64,000 nt of DNA from NCBI GenBank assembly GCA_051047955.1, contig JBPGPT010000002.1, forward strand, positions 930,001-994,000, given 5' to 3'. Source of the stretch: Cystobasidiomycetes sp. EMM_F5 (taxonomy: Eukaryota). The position numbers were made by a program, and so were the translations under genes. The notes beneath the pieces are model-generated. The model was not told the DNA's origin. It ran no database searches and worked only from the letters and a program-made list of their open reading frames with translations. Below are positions 41,043 to 53,202 of this stretch, piece by piece (within the stretch, counting starts at the first letter, position 1; the number at the start of each line of letters is the position of its first letter).

Positions 41043-42714
41043 TCAATACACCGGAAATGTCGAGGGATGTAGACCGGCCCAAGCTCTTAGGCCGCCTCGA
41101 AGATCGCGGATTTTTGGGGATGAGGACACGGCCGACGAATCGGTGTTGCTTGTAATCAGATCCCGCAAGGCGCGTGCATCTAGCAGAGAATCGTTACCCC
41201 GTCTGCAAACAAAGTATATTTCTTGCGCGTCCTTTACCGCGTCTTTGAGTATTGACGGATCTCGCACAACGCGTTGATGTGGCACATCTGGCGGCGGACA
41301 TCAGTCAGCATGACAGGCGGAGACACAGACTAGATGCCTTACTAATGGAGCCTGGAATTGAGCATATTCCGAATTCGACGTCTGGGCGGACGTCTAATAT
41401 CCGTATTGGCTGCTGACTCAAAATTGCTTCTCGCAATTCCTGTACAATGTCATGTAAGCATACCATAAAGGCTGGCAAAGATTACCATACCTCTGCATTG
41501 ACCCGCTGGGCATCCTGGCGAGTCCGGACGGCAGCTGAACATACCTCAGGCTGTATGTCCTCCTGAACATCGACGGGGACCCTGCCGCACCCGGGACAAT
41601 CGATGCGTCTTCCCCGTAATTTGATGTTGCGGAACATGGGAGTGGATAGAGTCGAGAAGAGAGTCATGCACGGTTTCAGGTCTGGAGATTCAATGTTAGC
41701 ACTGAAAGCGAAGCCGGCGTTCGAGGGCGGACTTACCATGCAATCCAAGCAATAATTTCAGAGCATCGTTTGCCATTAGCGTACCGATGATGCCAGTCAC
41801 TGTACCAAGTACGCCTTCGTCTTCGCAGTTACCCGAGTTGTCGTGCTTGGACTGCGGATACACGCATCGCAGACATGGGCCGCGAGCTGATTCCGACGTC
41901 CCCGGCTCGCCTGACGTAGGCGAAGGCAAGTTCCACACGCCTGACCAACCCTCCATGCCTATTGCACCACCACTCACGAGAGTGACGCCCGCTTTTACGC
42001 ATGCGTCGGACAAATAGTAGCGCGTTGTCGCATTGTCTGTGCAGTCGAGAACCAGCGAGTAGGCAGAAAAGTCCAGCCCGTTGACGTCGGTAGCTTCTTT
42101 CCGACGTATCAGGCGTATTTGCAGCGTTTTGACTTGAATACGCGGATTGAGACTGATAACGGCTTAATTGTTGCATGTAGATTCTTCCATAATCGACCAA
42201 CCTTTTTATACCAATCTTTGCACTTTCAGCTTTGCTCATGCCGACTCTTGCCGATGTATGGAGAACTTGACGGTGCAAGTTCGATACATCCACAGTATCA
42301 TCGTCGACTATTGTGATGTGACCTGGAAATGCTAACAGGGTCAGTCTTCATTGCGTGTCAAAATCCATTCGAGTCAGCTGACCGACACCTGCACCTGCTA
42401 GATACAGCATTGCTGGACATCCTAGCCCACCAGCTCCTACTATCAGGACATGCGCAGCCTGCAACTTTAGCTGTCCTGCGCTTTGTCAAAAAGCGTCAGG
42501 ATTATATTACCCTGTGCAATAGTTGAGAGAATCCACCTTGAAGACCGATACCCGGGAGGATCATCTGTCTTCCATATCTGCGGTAGTCATCTATCCGCAT
42601 AGGCAGCGAGTCTGTTGCGTTTGACGCATTATCCAGTTCTTCGAGTTCATCTTCAAGGGCCTGCAGTTCTTCGCGCACAACGCGTATACGGTCAAGAATA
42701 TCTTGACGGGTCAT
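41043..42714 (-). CDS. UBA4: Adenylyltransferase/sulfurtransferase Uba4/MOCS3
   Basis: [40 protein letters not shown] and a C-terminal rhodanese domain (VCRRGNDS...DLRGGLRAW...FPVY). Confidence 0.93.
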
Positions 42715-43500
42715 GTTTGAGTAGCTGCCTCAGCGCATACCCCTTCATGGAATCGCAGACAATCAGCTCGCGCGTAAAGTGGTCTATCAGCAGAAAACGC
42801 GGATAGTGGCAACAGACGATCGAGATTTTCGGCAGTCGACAGCACCCTCGGACAGCACTTCTCTGGACAGGATGCCTGGCACACCGTCGGGAATGCCATG
42901 ATGCACCTCCAGATGCACGCCTTACGGCCCCAGTTGCCTGTGCTGAGCTTGCACGCAGCGTCACGTTGTGTCGAGCTGATATCGATGAAGTCGGTAGACC
43001 CTCCTCTTGGGCGCCTCCCGCTTGATGGACCGTTAGATGGTTACGTATGCTCCTTACTTCCATCTTTGACTGCCGCTTGCGCTCCGTGCCATTCCCACTG
43101 TCAGATTACAGGATATTCTAACACTAAGACTCGCATACCCACTCATGTCAGTGGCCGACTCATGCGACGGCTAACGGCCCGGAGACGGTACAATCTTCCC
43201 GCAACTACCTGTTCTTCCTCCCACACTCTGCCGTAAGAGTCAGTGCAACGCACAGACCCTCTTTGACTTGTCTCGGACTGCTGGAAAACGCGACACAGCC
43301 CGGCAGTCGCTGGCAGACCAAGGTCGTCATACGGGCGCCGTCCTGGGCAGAATTTTCACGGCTTTCTCACCTTGCAGCGATTCTTCACAGCTTTTCTTGC
43401 CTTTGCTTCGCCCTGAAGCCCGTGTTCACAGCTCTTTTCGTGACTTTTGACTTCCTTCTTTCAAAGTCCCACTCCGATAATCTCCATCAACACTTTCGTA

Positions 43501-44110
43501 ATGCTATCTTTCAAAACTCTCAACACGCTGCTCCTCGTCCTGTGCGCAATCGTTTGTGCCGGAGCGGCTCCTACTCAACATGTCGCGGGTGTAGCAGAGC
43601 AGACTCGTCAGTATATTCCAGTTATTCCTAGTAGCAGTTCGCTGATGCCAAATTTACTATCATAGATGGACTAGTCAAGCCAAACCTCCTGCCGATGCAG
43701 CCTGCAGGCTTTGTCGAGGTGAAAAAGCGTGGTGAGAACGACATTCCTTGCTTGAGCCTTGCTGAAAAAGCGCTGATGAGCTGCATAAAAATGCTTCAGA
43801 CAACGTCAAACGGGCGGGCGTATGTCCTGAAGGAACCACCTGCCCATCTCAGAGCAAAGTCACGCTGAAGCAGTACACGTATAGGCGCAATCATGGCACC
43901 ACCCATCGTGGCCGGCCTCAGCATTCTCCGTCTCTTCGGGCTCGTGGCCATGGAGGGCCTCAGCATGGTCCGAGTGCATCTGCTAAGCCTTGTACAGACG
44001 GGAATGGCGGATATGGAGGAGATGTTCCTGATCGGGGCCATGAGCACAATCATGGACAGCAATATGGAGCAGGCCGTCAAGGCGGGTATGGCGGGAATGG
44101 ACATTGGTGA
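43501..44110 (+). CDS. Small secreted Gly/His-rich precursor with dibasic cleavage sites
   Basis: Signal peptide. Two canonical introns give an open frame with KR, KR and RR sites and a Gly/His/Tyr-rich C-terminus ending GGYGGNGHW*. Confidence 0.7.
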
Positions 44111-44394
44111 AGAGCATTCGGGACACGTTGATTGGATGAGGCCACTCGATGGGGGACATCTTCTACATAGACATTAGCTTTATATAATCCGTTAGCGCAT
44201 AGAGCTACCAATTAATAGGGTACATGCGTTCTTCCTCACGAGTGGCATCTATCGCTACACGATGACTGCTCAAAGATCTGAACTCGAATACGAAGCTTCT
44301 TTGTTCGTCCCCTATTGTTGCAGCTCCGATCACGAGCATTGAATGTCAAGTCGAGGAGCAGCTCATGCAGCTACGCTGCTAGTGATCTGCAACC

Positions 44395-45423
44395 ATGGAA
44401 GATTCACAAGATAACACCGTGCCAGCCAACGGGGCTGCAAATGGACATAGCAATGCGGAACCCAGTCTCGCAGACAATGACCGAAAACCATTCAAGCCGC
44501 AATACCCTTTGACATCATGGGCAAACACGCAGCAAAACGCAGTCTGTGTAGCGTTCATCCTCGGAGCCGTATTTGCGGTGTCGCTCAGAAACGTTGGTCA
44601 ATTTGCATCAAATGACACATTGCTGGCCGACCAGTGGCAAGGTCGTTTATACGGCGCGCTTCAAAATCCTAGATTAGGTGTCTACGTGGCTTTACTGGTA
44701 GTTTTCCATATGTCAGAGTACCTCACAACCGCAATATGGAACCCACAGAAGGCTACCGTTCGCTGTGAGTCTTGCGAAATTCAATACGCAAAGACTATTT
44801 GGGCATACAACAGCTGACATGCCATCCACATGAACAGCTTTTCTCCTCGACGACCGGAATCACAATGCTGCACATGCCTTTGCTCTTCTGGAGTTTTTAC
44901 TCGAAGAGACCTTTTTCCCGCAAGAATGGCTCGCCATCAAGCATAGTTCCTGGACACTTTGGATAGGTGAGTGCTGTTTCTGGATCTTAGACTTGGCTCA
45001 CTGACTTTTTCTATTTCAGGATTATCCGTCGCGTTACTTGCGCAGACACTTAGATCCTCTGCAATGATCACAGCAGCATCGAACTTCTCGCACCTGGTTG
45101 CGTATACGAAAGCACCCGAACATTCTCTAGTGCGAAGCGGCGTATATGCTTGGTCCCGCCATCCGAGCTACGTCGCGTTCTTCTACTGGGCTCTTAGTAC
45201 CCAAGTCTTCATTGGCAACCCCTTGTCCATACTAGCGTTCGGTGTGGTCTTGTACAGATTCTTCAGCCATCGTATCAAAGGTGAATACAGTCGACTTCTC
45301 CCGAACGGAAAAGTACAGCTGACGTAGGTGACAGTCGAGGAGTGGTATCTCGTGAAATTCTTTGGGCAAGATTATGTACAATTCCAGAAAGAAGTCCCTA
45401 CACGCATCCCTTTTATTCGATGA
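44395..45423 (+). CDS. STE14: Isoprenylcysteine carboxyl methyltransferase
   Basis: FHMSEYLTTA.WNP, AMITAASNFSHLV, LVRSGVYAWSRHPSY, RIKVEEWYLVKFFGQDY...PFIR*. Confidence 0.94.
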
Positions 45424-45684
45424 TTCACAGAGGTGTGTCCATAGGTATACGGTAGTCAGTTCTCAGCACCAATGTCTATTACGCAAAGTAGCAAATTATG
45501 CATCGCAGTATCTGCACGTTGGTCGTTGTGTGACGACTGCCATGAGTCAGAATTTGCTACACAAGCTAACAGGCTGATTGCATACAGCATACAAAGATCG
45601 CACATGACTACCCGGGCGTTCGTCTAACAATCTATATCTATCACTTCACTGTACAGCGCAAGAAGCACGAATTTTGTTACAACT

Positions 45685-47421
45685 TTACTCCGGCTTATCG
45701 CAAGGCAAGCTGTACACGTTTGCTTCGTACCCAGCAATCCGGACCTTTTGTACAGAGAGCTTGTTCTTGGAGACGATAGATTGGTCTGCTTTACTGCGTG
45801 CTGCTCCTTCGATGACCAACGCACTTAATGAACGTCCGTACACTGCCCCGGAATCGAGGCCAAAGCTGAACTTCCTTATATCCAGACCTCGCGAGGCTGC
45901 GTGACCGTATCTGCGGTGTTGTCAAATGACATTGTCAGCTGAAACCGTTTCACTAGGCATGGAGAAAATAGCCCACATCACACTGAGTGGACGGCACTTT
46001 GTGTGTTTATTCTTATTTGCAGCGATCTCTTGCCCATTAAGAATTTGGCAGCCAGCCATGACTCTGTTCCATATCGGGGCCCAAGGCGAGCCTTTCTTTG
46101 TCCCTTTACTGACGGAGCCGTCTTTCAACAAGCTGCGCATTTCCAGCAGAGTGAACGGATCTCTATTCAGAGGAACATTCAGAAGAATCGCCATCTCTGG
46201 ATCGAGATTCTTAGAGACAGTCATGTTGCTATCGTGAGAGCCAACGTGCACAGGCACGAAGCGATCCGAAGCTGCAGACTGTTCCAGAGAGGCACTATTG
46301 GACAGATTGAATTGGTTGGTGAAGTCGATACTATTCAGATCGTCAGATATATCGTCATCATCTCCAGTATCGCTTCCGTCAACTAGCTCGTCGCTAGCAT
46401 CCGTTGCCATGACCGTAGCTGGAGCTTTCGCATTCGGATTATCTTTCCGCTTGATTGCATCGGTGCCTTTGATCTTCTTTTCGCCTTTCTTCCCGCCGGT
46501 ACGCTTAGGTATTGTCCACGGAAGCAAGCCAGCGTGTACGATATAAGTATGAAGCGTGCGGATATGCAGGGTGAGCGATCTTTGCTGCATCCACTTTGCA
46601 GACTCAACGGACAGCGCTTGTGCTATGTGAAAGTGCTCGTCACGCCATTTATGCTTGAGAGCTTCGGGTATGTCTGTCGGAGGGGTATCGGTATGGTCAT
46701 TGAGAGTTTGTGCATTTGTCAAGCCGAGCGAGGCGGAAGGTGAATCCATCCAGTTTCGCCAATTGATGACATCTTGGTCATGATTGCCTCGTACGGCATG
46801 GGCATTGCGTAATGAGCGGATATAGTCGACCGTCTGCAAGGACGCCTTGATTGAGGGATGTTTGGCTACCAGGTCACCGACAAAGACAAGCGTATCGTTG
46901 TGCGTGGATGTTTGCTTGTCGGAAATTTCGAGAGCGTGGAGCATTTCCTTCAACGATTTGACCATGCCGTGCACATCTCCTACGACAATCAGTCGACCAC
47001 TGCCATCAGCATCCCAATTGAGATCTCGGTGCCATAGATATTTCGCAAAGTGCGCCTTCCCAGCTTGATGCAAGTCGTCGAGGGTATCTTCCCCATCTAT
47101 TCCATCTTGCGCTGTATGCATGCCAGCTTCTTCGACTGCCTTGGTGGTCGATACAGAATAGTCGGGTTTGCCGTATATCCAAGGAGCCGGACGGGACTGC
47201 GATATTCCTCGGGCGACATCTTGCAGAGTATCACTAGTTGCTGCCATGAAGGCTGCCAGCAGAAGAAACGCTCCAACGACTACCACCGATAAGGCCCTTC
47301 GAGTCGCCCCTGGCTTCTCCGGTGACGGCAGGACGTGCTCGAGGAGGGTCTGCTGTTCAGGCGGCACAACGCTGCTGCGACGTCGCATACCGCTCGCGAT
47401 AATGCCCTCGCGGGCTGACAT
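45685..47421 (-). CDS. Type II membrane calcineurin-like metallophosphoesterase (Ppn2/YNL217W-like)
   Basis: N-terminal TM segment; VGDVHG, VGDLV, RGNHD, VHAG, YGH and GLDSG motifs. Confidence 0.82.
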
Positions 47422-47771
47422 GGTGCAGTGTTCAAGCAGATGATGGCATCATATTGCTGTGGAGCCATGGATTGAACACTCAAACGTGATTTGCGTCCCA
47501 CAATGAACCGGCCGCAGATTGGATTCACACTTGTCACTAGTAGATCAGATGAATGAGGCTCTTAGAGTGTAACATGCCGACAGAATGCAACCATTGTCAT
47601 TGCCAGCGACGTCATCAATTATGATTTTTGAACGCGCAGTCTCCACATATCCTTAAATCCCGGTACGAAGCTGCAGCATACAGGCCTAATCTACGACCAA
47701 CCACTCGAGAGCCTATTGTGCTATGCGAAGCATTTCTCGCGCCTTACGCGTGCGGCGTTGCAGACTCCTTT

Positions 47772-50695
47772 CTACACGAAGTTGTCGACAAACCTTTGCC
47801 ATCTGGTCAATGGGCCTCTGGCCAGCGCCTTCTGCTTCCAGTACTCCTCATCTGCATCGATCTCTGCTTTACCAGAGATTAGATCGACCTAGGATGCGCC
47901 TTGTCAGTCTGCGTTCGTTGCTCCGGGAACAGAACAATCCGAATCCCACCTCATTCAATGGGATCATCTTCGTGTGGTGACGGAACTTGTAATACTATAC
48001 AAGGGACGCTGTTAGCTGCTAGTCTCATTGCCCTGACACCTCAGACTGAGCTTACGACGAAGATTCCGACGAACGCCACAACTCCGATACTAAAAACGAC
48101 AGCACCATCAGCGATAGAGTCCTGAAATGCTCAGGAAAGCGGCTACAGACTAGTTGGTCATGAAGGTCGACAGAACGAAAGTTGGCTTGCGTAGAGGATG
48201 CGTTAGCGAAATGTTTGGTGCAAAACGGGCGAGGTTTGAGGAAACTGACTGTGAAACTGTCCCAGCCTAGTTCCAAGAGAAACGAAGGCATCTGTAAGCT
48301 TCTGAAATCGTCTGCAATGAGTCCAGCATGTCTCCTTACCTTTGAAGAAGCATACAAAGCCGGTGACGCCCAGGGCCACCCAGGAACCGGCCGTCCCAAG
48401 GGGAGCGCGGTATCGCAGAGTGCTGCGGTCGTATCCTTGAGCTTTCATGGCATTAACGAAGCGAATGTGGCAGTAAGCGATTGACATCCAAGTCAATCCT
48501 CCGAAAAGGGTGACGAGATTGACGAAGTATCCGAAGACAGTCGCGCCATCAGCAGAAACTCGCAGGAAGGCTAGAGCGGTGAACAGCCATGTGACAAATA
48601 GCGAAATGTATGGGCACTATGCATCGTTCTGCGCGTCAGCTTCTTGGCCAGACTTTTTTTCCCTATAATCGATGTGGCGACTTACACCCTGTTTATTGAC
48701 TTTGAGCAGGAATCGGGGAGCTTTGCCCTCCTCGGCCAAAGCGTACAAAGTCCTGCTGGCGATGTAAAGATCCGAGTTTGCGGCCGATAGCACGAAGATC
48801 ACTTGCGATCTGCGGCATTAGCACAGAGTCAACAGCAGGGAGTTCAAGCTTACGAATGGCGGCATTCAGAATACTGGGCAGAGCGTCAATCTTGAATCTG
48901 ACAACGGCAACGACGAACGGAGAAGCTCTGTAGATGGCAGCGAGTCAGCGGAAGCTTGCACACCTTGTGAGACGGTTTGTTTGACTCACGCGGCGCTGGT
49001 GGAAGCCTTGTTGGCGACGAAGAGACCTTGATCATTTGAAGCGACCAGTAGACTGATGCAGAACACACCACCAATGTAGACTTTGCGAGGCGATCAGCAG
49101 ATGTTCGTACATTTTCTAGCGTTTAACTTGATTACGTACAAACAAGAATTCGCCAGAAGGTCTTTTTGATTGCAGAAGGGATGTTTTTGCGGGGGTTTGA
49201 GCACTCTCCAACAGTGACACCCTATTACATTGTAGATTATCACGTCAGTCCGATCTGGTGAGTGTTCTTAAGAGGTTGTGCCCACGATAAGTTCCGTGCC
49301 CATGTAAGCGAAGAGAGCATTGACCATGACGGCCCACCATCCCAAGAAAGCACCTAGGGAACCGTCTGCCTTGTAGCTTGCAAAAGGTCCGGACGGAGGG
49401 GCCCAGTACTTGAACCAGATCACCTCATGTTGGGGATTGGCGCCACTAGTGAGGCAGATTGACATGATGATCAAGCCGACGAGGGTGACGACCTTGATCA
49501 ATGACAACCAAAACTCAAATTCTCCGAAGAAGCGGATGCCTAAGAAGTTGATGATGAGAATGGCGACCATGAAAATCGATAGCCATGCTGCGATAGGAAC
49601 ATCGGCGCCCTTTGGCCAGTACCGGAGCACAATACTTGCAGCGACAATGTTGTTAGGTGTGACGATGAGATACTTGAAGAGATAGTTGTCTGCGGCACGT
49701 CACGCGCGAAATGCCGAATGGCGAAGATTTTGTGGAGAATGCCAAAAATTTGCCACAAGACGGAAGCGTACGAAACAAGTCGCAGCGAATGCCGGACATT
49801 GTATACATATAGCAATTATTTGTGGTTGATGTACGCATGCCGACGTGTTCACGTTGGAGATGTCATTGATTTTTGGCAGAATTCACCGGAACAGAGTTGG
49901 AGAGGGATATGCCGGGGGAGAAGAACCGCAAGGGGGAGCAGAAGACACATAATCAGTACGCTGCCGGACTATAATTCCTTATCATACGCGACCAAGGTAT
50001 CCCAAGCCTAATTTGAGATAACCGGGACGCATATGCATGACGAAGTGTATGGTGAACCGAACCTACATCCAGTGGCGCAGCCAAGAGCGGGATCGACAAA
50101 ACGAGATGCGTAACCAGAGAAGCCTTTACGGTGTGGGATGTGAGTAGCCATCTCTCCTAGGGCACACATGACGAGGTAGCAGATCTGATAAGCATGATAA
50201 GCAGATTGTCGTTTTTATCGTCAGTGATTGATTACGTAGAAAGGCTTAAACGCTTCGACCTCACCATTCCCATGATAGAGTAACCAAGCAGCATGCCTAG
50301 AGGGCCTCCACGTTGAAGAGCTGTACCGGAACCGATAATGAGACCTGTTCCTACGGCTCCACCGACTGTATAAGCATAGCGATAGAGCAAAAATGATGAG
50401 CGAGGTAGCTTTAATCTGTAATATGGACGCTGCACGCACTGGCAATCATGGAGACTTGTCTCGAGCTGAGACCTCTGTGTAGCGTTTCTTCATGACCTTG
50501 GTCTGGCTCTCCGTCGAACTGTGAATGGCCGGCATAGACAAAGCGGGAATCAGTGACTGAAAATTGAGTAGTTGGTGCTCCAGCAGCGAATAGACTCACG
50601 CTCTCCTCTCGGCCATTGAGAGGTGCGGCTTTGCCTCCATCGAAGCCATCGCCGCTTAGCTTTTCTTCTTTGAAGGTGGGCGAGCTGCTGCTCAT
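47772..50695 (-). CDS. APC-family amino acid permease, Dip5-like
   Basis: LHRGLSSRQVSMI, GGAVGTGL, ALGEMAT, RFVDPALG, GYNYLFKY, FGEFEFW, FAYMGTEL, SAANSDLYIASRTLY. Confidence 0.92.
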
Positions 50696-51442
50696 CTCGA
50701 GGACCAGAGGAAGTGTACCAGGTGAGGAGGAAGAAAGGAAGAGGTGTGTATGTTAGGAAGCCAGAGAAATGCAGACCTTTGACAGTCCGACGTCCGTAAA
50801 GCAAAGCAGCACTCCCGCGTTCAACAATCAACGTATTCTGCTCCTTCCGGCAACTTAAACGTCGCCTTGAATTTTCGCAATATAGGGGTTTATCGTGTAT
50901 CAGCTGAGCGGCTTCACGTGTATCTCCTGGGTCAGTGGCGGGGAGAGATGGTCTGGCCAAGCAAACTGTAGAGGCCGAATCTGGAGCTGGCTGTACAGGA
51001 TTACTAAGCAGGCGCATTTGATGTCTGGCATACCGAAACAAGCCACAGAGACCCTGTTGGTACAAATCACCATGATGGTCTGCTTGCCATGTTGTCATAC
51101 ACGTATCGGCTGTCTAGGCGACAACGGCACACTGATATCAAATAGGCTAGCGGAGAAGACGGCGAAGGCGGTCAGAGTGGAGAAAGGAGAGAGGACTGCA
51201 GTATCGAGGGAGGAATCACAGCATATAGAGGAAGGGAAGGAAGAAAACGACGACGCCAAGTAAACACTGCATCGTCGTGAAACGGCGAGCAATGAATCGA
51301 CCGGTTACAAGCGAGGACACATCAATGTCATCATCCAGGTCGAGCAGGAGAAACTAATAAACGATATAGAGGAGGGGTATAGAGTACTTGAGGATAAAGA
51401 GGCGAGATTTGCTTGCTGGGAGGCTTTCCTTGTATTTACCAT

Positions 51443-53202
51443 TTACTTGCCAGCACCAAGATATTGCCATCCGAGCGAAGTAATGGCACCTCCATCATCA
51501 ATCAGCTTGACATTTGGATTGACACCGCCGAGAGCAGGCGTAGTGACTGCTCCAAAGAAGTAGTAGCCCGTAATATACGACTGCTGCTCTAGCCAGCCCT
51601 GCGTCTTTGCCAAAAAGGCAGAAATTTCGGGAATGGACAAGGGTGTCGTAGAGTAGGTAAAGTCCATTGGAGCAAACTCGGTCACCTTGATGGGCATGTT
51701 GAACTGAGCGTGAATGCCAGAGACATAGTTGATGAAATCATCTGCAGACGTGCCATACCAGTGAATGGCAATACCGCCAATACCGCAGTCTCCGCACATT
51801 GACATAAAGTCTACGAGCCACTGTCGGCCGGCATAAGAGTTGGTAGGAGCGGGCGACCAGAGCGTGTATCCCTTGTTGCCGTATGGCTTGGTGATGAGCT
51901 CGCGGTACGCACCGGCAGCATCGGCGGGCGACATTGGGCACTGTCCAGCCTGATCAGGCTCGTTGAAGGTGAGAATGTCCATGCCGGGGTGGATGGCACC
52001 GGAAGCGACTTGGGATGCAAAGCCAGCAGCCTTGTCGGTGCACGTAAACATTGGCAACCAGCTCATTCCAGCTGGCATGCCACCGCTAGGTGGGTACTCG
52101 GACCATGTGTAGGCCTGACCTGCTCCAGCCCACGAATTGATCGCTCCGTATGGGTTACGCCAGTCCCATGCAAGACCGAGCTTCTTGCCTCCGCTATTGT
52201 TGTTGACGACTGGAGGAGTGTATGCAGGTGGAGCTGGCGAAGATGAGCTTGGCGTTAGGCTGACGCTGACCGGTGCTGGAGGAGTGTAGGCTGGGGCAGA
52301 GCTGGACGAGCTCGAACTGGAGCTGGAAATCGAAGAAGAGCTTGGAGCGGGTGCTTGTGGTGCTTGCGAAACAGGACTCGAAGCTGGTGCGGATGGTGCT
52401 GCCGAGGACGGTGCAGACGAGGCGGAAGAAGCAGAAGAAGCGTTTCCGTTACCTGAAGCAGGCTGGCTTCCCTGGTTCTGGCCCGGTCCGCTCGTATCCG
52501 AGACGTATGCGCCCTTCACGCTAGTAATACCGATACTGCCAGTGCTGACTGGAGGAGTGACTGGCTTGGCGGGAGTGAAGACCGGAGGATTGGTGTTTGA
52601 GCCAGTCGACCCAGATCCAGTGGTACCTGTTCCAGTAGAAGCTTGAGACACGCCTTGCTTGGCAGTGGTATCTTGAGATATCGACGAGGCCGGATCCGCT
52701 AGCGGGGTGCTCGACTCGTACACTACGACTTGGCTGTTGCCATTCTTACCAGGTCCGTAGGCGGAGCATGGCTTGAGCGAAGGCGACGCAGAAGGACGGG
52801 ACTCGCCGGCTCTACGCTGGTATGGCTTGCTTCGAGCAAAGCCGCCTGCATCATCGCAACATCCCAGTCGTCGGTTGTGAAAAGCCAGTTTGGGTCGAGC
52901 CGATCACACCAAAAGAGCGCCAATCAGGTACGGGACAACAAGGGTAAACAGCGAATGATGGTGAGAAACGGTCAGCGTTGATGGGATTAACAGACTGCAT
53001 ACAATCACGCACATCGGTCGTAGCCGTACGGAGCATCGTTTGCCTTCTTTACGAGTTCCTCGAATGTGTTGCGAGAAGTCAGCTTGTGGTGGCGGCCAAA
53101 CGAACGGCGGTCGTGAAGTGCAGCTGGGCCAGCGGTGACTGATCCAACGAGTGCGCCAGCGATGGACAGGACTGCGAGTGAAGTCTTGATGATGGGTGCC
53201 AT
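51443..53202 (-). CDS. Secreted GH128 (Asl1-like) beta-1,3-glucanase with long Ser/Pro linker
   Basis: Signal peptide; intron 53012-52846 joins in frame; KKLGLAW, YTW, WLPM, TFNEPD, SPAPT, IHWY and VTEFA motifs. Confidence 0.88.

Noticed and set aside
48095..48338. Apparent long intron in the permease 3' half
   Set aside because: Resolves into ordinary short introns and exons (GWDSFT, PTFVLSTFMTNY).
49690..50066. TPP riboswitch in the permease intron
   Set aside because: The conserved CTGAGA and TGATCnGGnTAATnCCnGCG aptamer cores are not present on the transcript strand.
50550..51098. 182-aa ORF overlapping the permease start (possible uORF)
   Set aside because: Its ATGs sit inside a likely 5' UTR intron (GTATGA...AACAG) and the product is not protein-like; unsupported without transcript data.
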